From NCBI GenBank assembly GCA_043825875.1, contig JBDRRF010000051.1, positions 32,001-96,000 on the forward strand: a DNA stretch of 64,000 nt, read 5' to 3'. This document shows positions 59,980-64,000 of the stretch, piece after piece. A program made the translations under genes and the position numbers. The stretch comes from Pseudomonadota bacterium. GTDB taxonomy: Bacteria; Desulfobacterota; Desulfobacteria; Desulfobacterales; RPRI01. Position 1 is the first letter of the stretch; each line of letters opens with the position of its first letter. A model generated the notes under the pieces. The model was not told the origin of the DNA, did not search any database, and worked only from the letters and a program-made list of their open reading frames with translations.

Positions 59980-62622
59980 TTATCCAATTGCGCCAATAAC
60001 ATCATAAGCTCCGGCCAGAGCTTCATCCAGTTTTTCCGGAATACTTCCTCCGGCCTGGGCCATATCGGGTCTTCCTCCGCCCCCGCCGCCTACTATCGGT
60101 GAAACCTGTTTTACTATGTTTCCGGCATGATATTTTTTTACAAGATCTTTGGTAACAACAACTATAAGAAATACTTTTGAGTCTGCTGCGCTTCCCAGAA
60201 CTACTATACCGGATTTTATTTTATCCCTGAATTTATCTGCCAAGTCCCTTAAAGCAGCAGGATTTTCTGCGGATACTTTTTTCACAAGAACACTTACCCC
60301 GTTGATTGATTTAATTTCACTATCAATTTCATCAGTTGCATGGGAAGCTATTTTTGCTTTCGTTTTTTCAAGTTCCTTTTCATAGGCTTTTTGCTGGGAT
60401 AGCATTTTTTCTACTTTTTGTGGCAATGCTTCAGGCTTTTCTTTAACAATACGGGCTGTTTCATTCAAAGTCCTAATGCTGTGCTGAACATAAGTTAAAG
60501 CGGCTTCGCCGGTTAAGGCTTCAATACGCCTTACTCCTGATGCAACGCTTGATTCAGCTATAATTTTAAAAAGACCAATATTCCCGGTTTTATCAGTATG
60601 TGTTCCGCCGCAAAGCTCCTTGCTAAATTCTCCAAGAGAAATTACCCTTACAACATCACCGTATTTTTCTTCGAACAGAGCGGTAGCTCCTGTTTTAAAG
60701 GCTTTTTCCGCATCCATCTCTTCTATGCAAGTCAGTGCGTTTTCCCTGATTCTTTCATTTACAAGCATTTCTATTTTATCAAGCGTATCAGAATCAACCT
60801 GTGAAAAATGGGTAAAATCAAAACGAAGTCTTTCGGAAGATACAAATGATCCGGCCTGTTTTACATGATCACCTAAAATCTGTTTTAAAATACTATGCAG
60901 TATATGTGTTGCAGTATGATTAAGCGCTGTAGCATTTCGCCTATTATTATCAACGGTCAGAGTAACGGTTTGGCCTTTTGAAACGCTGCCTGAAAGTATT
61001 TTACCTTTATGAATGATTATTCCCGCGGGGTCTTTTATGGTATCTGCAACTTCAATCTCAAGATTATTTGAGGTTATTAAGCCAGAGTCTCCGGCCTGGC
61101 CGCCCGATTCACCATAAAAAGGAGTTTCTTCGGTAACAATTTCTATGTTTTTGCCGGAAACAGCTTCAGATATTTCCTTTCCATCTTCAACTATTAAAAG
61201 AACTTTGGAATCACATGTTTGCTTATCATAGCCAACAAACTTAGGGATAAGCCGGTTTGCCGAAAGATTTTTATATGCTTGTGTTATCCCGGTAAAACTT
61301 GCAACCGATCTTGACTTTTCCTTCTGGCTATTCATGGCCGCATTAAAACCATCCATATCAAGAAAAAGTTTTTCATCCCTTACAACATCTCTAACTACAT
61401 CTTTTACAATATCAGGTGGAAAACCATAGGTATCATAAAGCTTGAATATGATATCTCCGGAAATAGTATTTAAACCCTTGGCTTTGATTTCCGAAAGTGT
61501 ATCATTTAAAAGTCTTAATCCATTATCAAGTGTTTCCGAAAACCTTGCTTCTTCATTTTTTATAATGTTTGCAATAAATGCCTCTGCTCCACCAAACTCA
61601 GAATAGGCCTCTTTCATATTTTCAATAACAACATTAGAAGTATCATGCAAAAAAGGTTTTACCAGGCCTATGTTACGCCCGTAGCGTATAGCCCTTCTCA
61701 TTATCCTTCGAAGTACATATCCTCTTCCCTCATTAGAAGGAAGAACTCCGTCGCAAATAAGAAAAGCCGTGGCCCGGCTGTGATCGGCAATAACCTTCAT
61801 AGCAACATCCGACGCAGAAGAACTTCCGAACTTTTTTTGTGATAATTCTTCGGTTTTCTTTATGATAGGAAGAATAAGATCCGTGTCATAGTTTGTAGGA
61901 ACATTTTGCACTACTGCTGCAATTCGTTCAAGCCCCATTCCCGTATCAATACTGGGTTTGGGCAAAGGAGTCATTTTTCCGGAAGCATCCCTTTCATACT
62001 GCATGAAAACAAGATTCCATATTTCAAGATAACGATCACATTCACAACCTACTCTGCAATCAGGCTTCCCGCAGCTATATTTTTCCCCCCTGTCAATAAG
62101 TATTTCAGAACATGGACCGCAGGGACCGGTATCTCCCATTGACCAGAAATTGTCTTTATCATCCAATCTTACAATTTTATCTTCCGAAACACCGATATTC
62201 TTATGCCAGATATTATATGCTTCATCATCATCAAGGTAAACAGAAACCCACAGTTTTTCTGCCGGGAGATTATAGCCGTTTATAAGAAGATCCCAGGCTA
62301 ATTCAATAGCCTTTTCTTTAAAATAATCACCAAAGGAAAAATTTCCCAGCATTTCAAAGAAAGTATGATGTCTTGCCGTATAACCTACATTTTCAAGATC
62401 ATTATGCTTTCCGCCGGCACGCACACATTTCTGGGAACTTGCCGCCTTTACGTAGCCTCTTTTCTCTTCTCCAAGAAAAGTCCGTTTAAATGGAACCATT
62501 CCTGCATTTGTAAATAGTAAAGTAGGATCTTCCACCGGAACAAGTGATGAACTTCTTACTATCTGATGATCATGCTTTTTGAAAAACTCCAGAAATTGTC
62601 TGCGAATATCGCTGCCTGTCAT
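59980..62622 (-). CDS. alaS: Alanine--tRNA ligase
   Basis: DPTLLFTNAGM, RHHTFFEMLGNFSFGDYFK, DTGMGLER, HTATH, ELCGGTH, GGGGGRP. Confidence 0.99.
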   Translation of the reverse strand: MTGSDIRRQFLEFFKKHDHQIVRSSSLVPVEDPTLLFTNAGMVPFKRTFLGEEKRGYVKAASSQKCVRAGGKHNDLENVGYTARHHTFFEMLGNFSFGDYFKEKAIELAWDLLINGYNLPAEKLWVSVYLDDDEAYNIWHKNIGVSEDKIVRLDDKDNFWSMGDTGPCGPCSEILIDRGEKYSCGKPDCRVGCECDRYLEIWNLVFMQYERDASGKMTPLPKPSIDTGMGLERIAAVVQNVPTNYDTDLILPIIKKTEELSQKKFGSSSASDVAMKVIADHSRATAFLICDGVLPSNEGRGYVLRRIMRRAIRYGRNIGLVKPFLHDTSNVVIENMKEAYSEFGGAEAFIANIIKNEEARFSETLDNGLRLLNDTLSEIKAKGLNTISGDIIFKLYDTYGFPPDIVKDVVRDVVRDEKLFLDMDGFNAAMNSQKEKSRSVASFTGITQAYKNLSANRLIPKFVGYDKQTCDSKVLLIVEDGKEISEAVSGKNIEIVTEETPFYGESGGQAGDSGLITSNNLEIEVADTIKDPAGIIIHKGKILSGSVSKGQTVTLTVDNNRRNATALNHTATHILHSILKQILGDHVKQAGSFVSSERLRFDFTHFSQVDSDTLDKIEMLVNERIRENALTCIEEMDAEKAFKTGATALFEEKYGDVVRVISLGEFSKELCGGTHTDKTGNIGLFKIIAESSVASGVRRIEALTGEAALTYVQHSIRTLNETARIVKEKPEALPQKVEKMLSQQKAYEKELEKTKAKIASHATDEIDSEIKSINGVSVLVKKVSAENPAALRDLADKFRDKIKSGIVVLGSAADSKVFLIVVVTKDLVKKYHAGNIVKQVSPIVGGGGGGRPDMAQAGGSIPEKLDEALAGAYDVIGAIG

Positions 62623-62642
62623 TAATAACTCCATATAAATAC

Positions 62643-63677
62643 TTACTCTTCCACCTTTACTTCTTCTTTTGCCGGCACAATACCGGCAGCCTCTCTTACC
62701 TTTGCATGCATATTGTTAAAAATATCCGGGTTTTCATTTAAGAATTTTTTTACATTTTCACGGCCCTGCCCTATTCTTTCACCATTATATGAGTACCATG
62801 CACCGCTTTTGTCAACTACTCCCAAATCCACACCAATATCAATGATATCGCCTGTTTTAGATATCCCTTCGTTATACATGATATCAAATTCGGCTTCCCG
62901 AAAAGGCGGAGCCATCTTGTTTTTGACAACACGAACTCTCGTCCTGTTTCCCATAACCTCCTGCCCGTCTTTGATAGATGCAGTTCGACGTATATCAAGC
63001 CTTACGGAAGAATAGAATTTAAGGGCATTTCCTCCTGTGGTTGTTTCAGGATTTCCGAATACAACGCCTATCTTCATCCTTATCTGATTGATAAAAACAA
63101 CGGAAGTCATTGTCTTGCCGATTATTCCGGTCAGCTTTCTCAATGCCTGGGACATGAGTCTTGCCTGAAGCCCCATATGGGAGTCACCCATATCGCCTTC
63201 AATTTCAGCTCTGGGGACTAAAGCTGCAACCGAATCGATTACAATAATATCTATAGCTCCGCTTCTTACCAGCATATCCGCAATTTCAAGGCCCTGCTCA
63301 CCTGTATCAGGTTGGGCTATGAGAAGCTCATCGCAGTTGACTCCTATTACTTTTGCGTAAGCAGTATCAAGGGCATGTTCGGCATCAATATATGCGGCCA
63401 CCCCTCCTTGCTTTTGGGCCTCGGCAACACAACTTAAAGCAAGAGTCGTCTTGCCCGATGATTCCGGACCGAATACTTCTATAACTCTTCCTCTCGGAAG
63501 CCCGCCCACACCAAGCGCTCTATCAAGTGAAAGAGAACCTGTGGGTATTACAGGAATATTAACAACAGGTCTGCTGCCTAGCTTCATGACCGACCCTTTT
63601 CCAAACTGGCGTTCAATCTGCCCTATTGCAGCATCAATCGCTTTTTCCTTATCCATTGCATTGCTTGCATTGCTCAT
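62643..63677 (-). CDS. recA: Recombinase A
   Basis: [40 protein letters not shown]. Confidence 0.99.
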   Translation of the reverse strand: MSNASNAMDKEKAIDAAIGQIERQFGKGSVMKLGSRPVVNIPVIPTGSLSLDRALGVGGLPRGRVIEVFGPESSGKTTLALSCVAEAQKQGGVAAYIDAEHALDTAYAKVIGVNCDELLIAQPDTGEQGLEIADMLVRSGAIDIIVIDSVAALVPRAEIEGDMGDSHMGLQARLMSQALRKLTGIIGKTMTSVVFINQIRMKIGVVFGNPETTTGGNALKFYSSVRLDIRRTASIKDGQEVMGNRTRVRVVKNKMAPPFREAEFDIMYNEGISKTGDIIDIGVDLGVVDKSGAWYSYNGERIGQGRENVKKFLNENPDIFNNMHAKVREAAGIVPAKEEVKVEE

Positions 63678-64000
63678 AATTTTCCCCTTTCAACCAAAGG
63701 CACATTTAAAAGTTCGGTATATACAGCCCCTTCTGGCTTAAGATTGCTATTAAACAGAATAATCTCTTTAGCTGTAAAAACTTCCGGATCAAAGTTTTGA
63801 TATTTTCTTATTGCTTCAATTAACTTCCCGTTGTTAACTTTACCTTTAAAGCGCCCCATTGTCAGATGCGCTTGAAACGGCCTTTCTTCTATTTTAAAAC
63901 CAAATTCCTCTAATCTTTTTTCAAGAGTATTGTGCAAACTTAATAATAGCGGTATTTCGCCTGAGATACCGGCCCAAATTACTCTTGGACGAGTAATTGA
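63674..64000 (-). CDS. thpR: RNA 2',3'-cyclic phosphodiesterase (2'-5' RNA ligase), 5' end outside the window
   Basis: ..PRVIWAG...[11 protein letters not shown] (second HxT motif)...S.L.P.GAVY; typical position upstream of recA. Confidence 0.85.
   Translation of the reverse strand, partial: SITRPRVIWAGISGEIPLLLSLHNTLEKRLEEFGFKIEERPFQAHLTMGRFKGKVNNGKLIEAIRKYQNFDPEVFTAKEIILFNSNLKPEGAVYTELLNVPLVERGKL

Overview
AT-rich chromosomal window, most likely from a sulfate-reducing deltaproteobacterium of the Desulfobacterales type (inferred from the Ahb heme pathway, Hdr/Mvh modules and repeat families). From left to right it holds: (1) an envelope operon (FlgT-like, TPR/CsgG lipoprotein, fibronectin-III, AsmA-like) behind a sigma-28-like promoter; (2) a ClpX paralog heading ahbC-hemB-ahbD; (3) a type III restriction-modification pair; (4) a ~10 kb energy operon joining a four-subunit 2-oxoacid:ferredoxin oxidoreductase to HdrL-like, MvhD-HdrD and HdrA-MvhD proteins, where the apparent split in hdrA is an in-frame UGA at a conserved Cys followed by a SECIS-like hairpin (probable selenoprotein); (5) an ~11 kb run of co-oriented minus-strand accessory genes separated by decayed attC-like sites with no integrase (probable eroded integron cassette array), including a coupled radical SAM pair and a phospholipase C/lipoprotein pair; (6) pfkA, lemA-TPM genes, alaS, recA and thpR. 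Several families of short palindromic repeats occur, some with compensatory base changes and one nested in another. No rRNA, tRNA, CRISPR array or intact transposase was seen. All calls come from reading the sequence and recognising motifs; no database searches were run.
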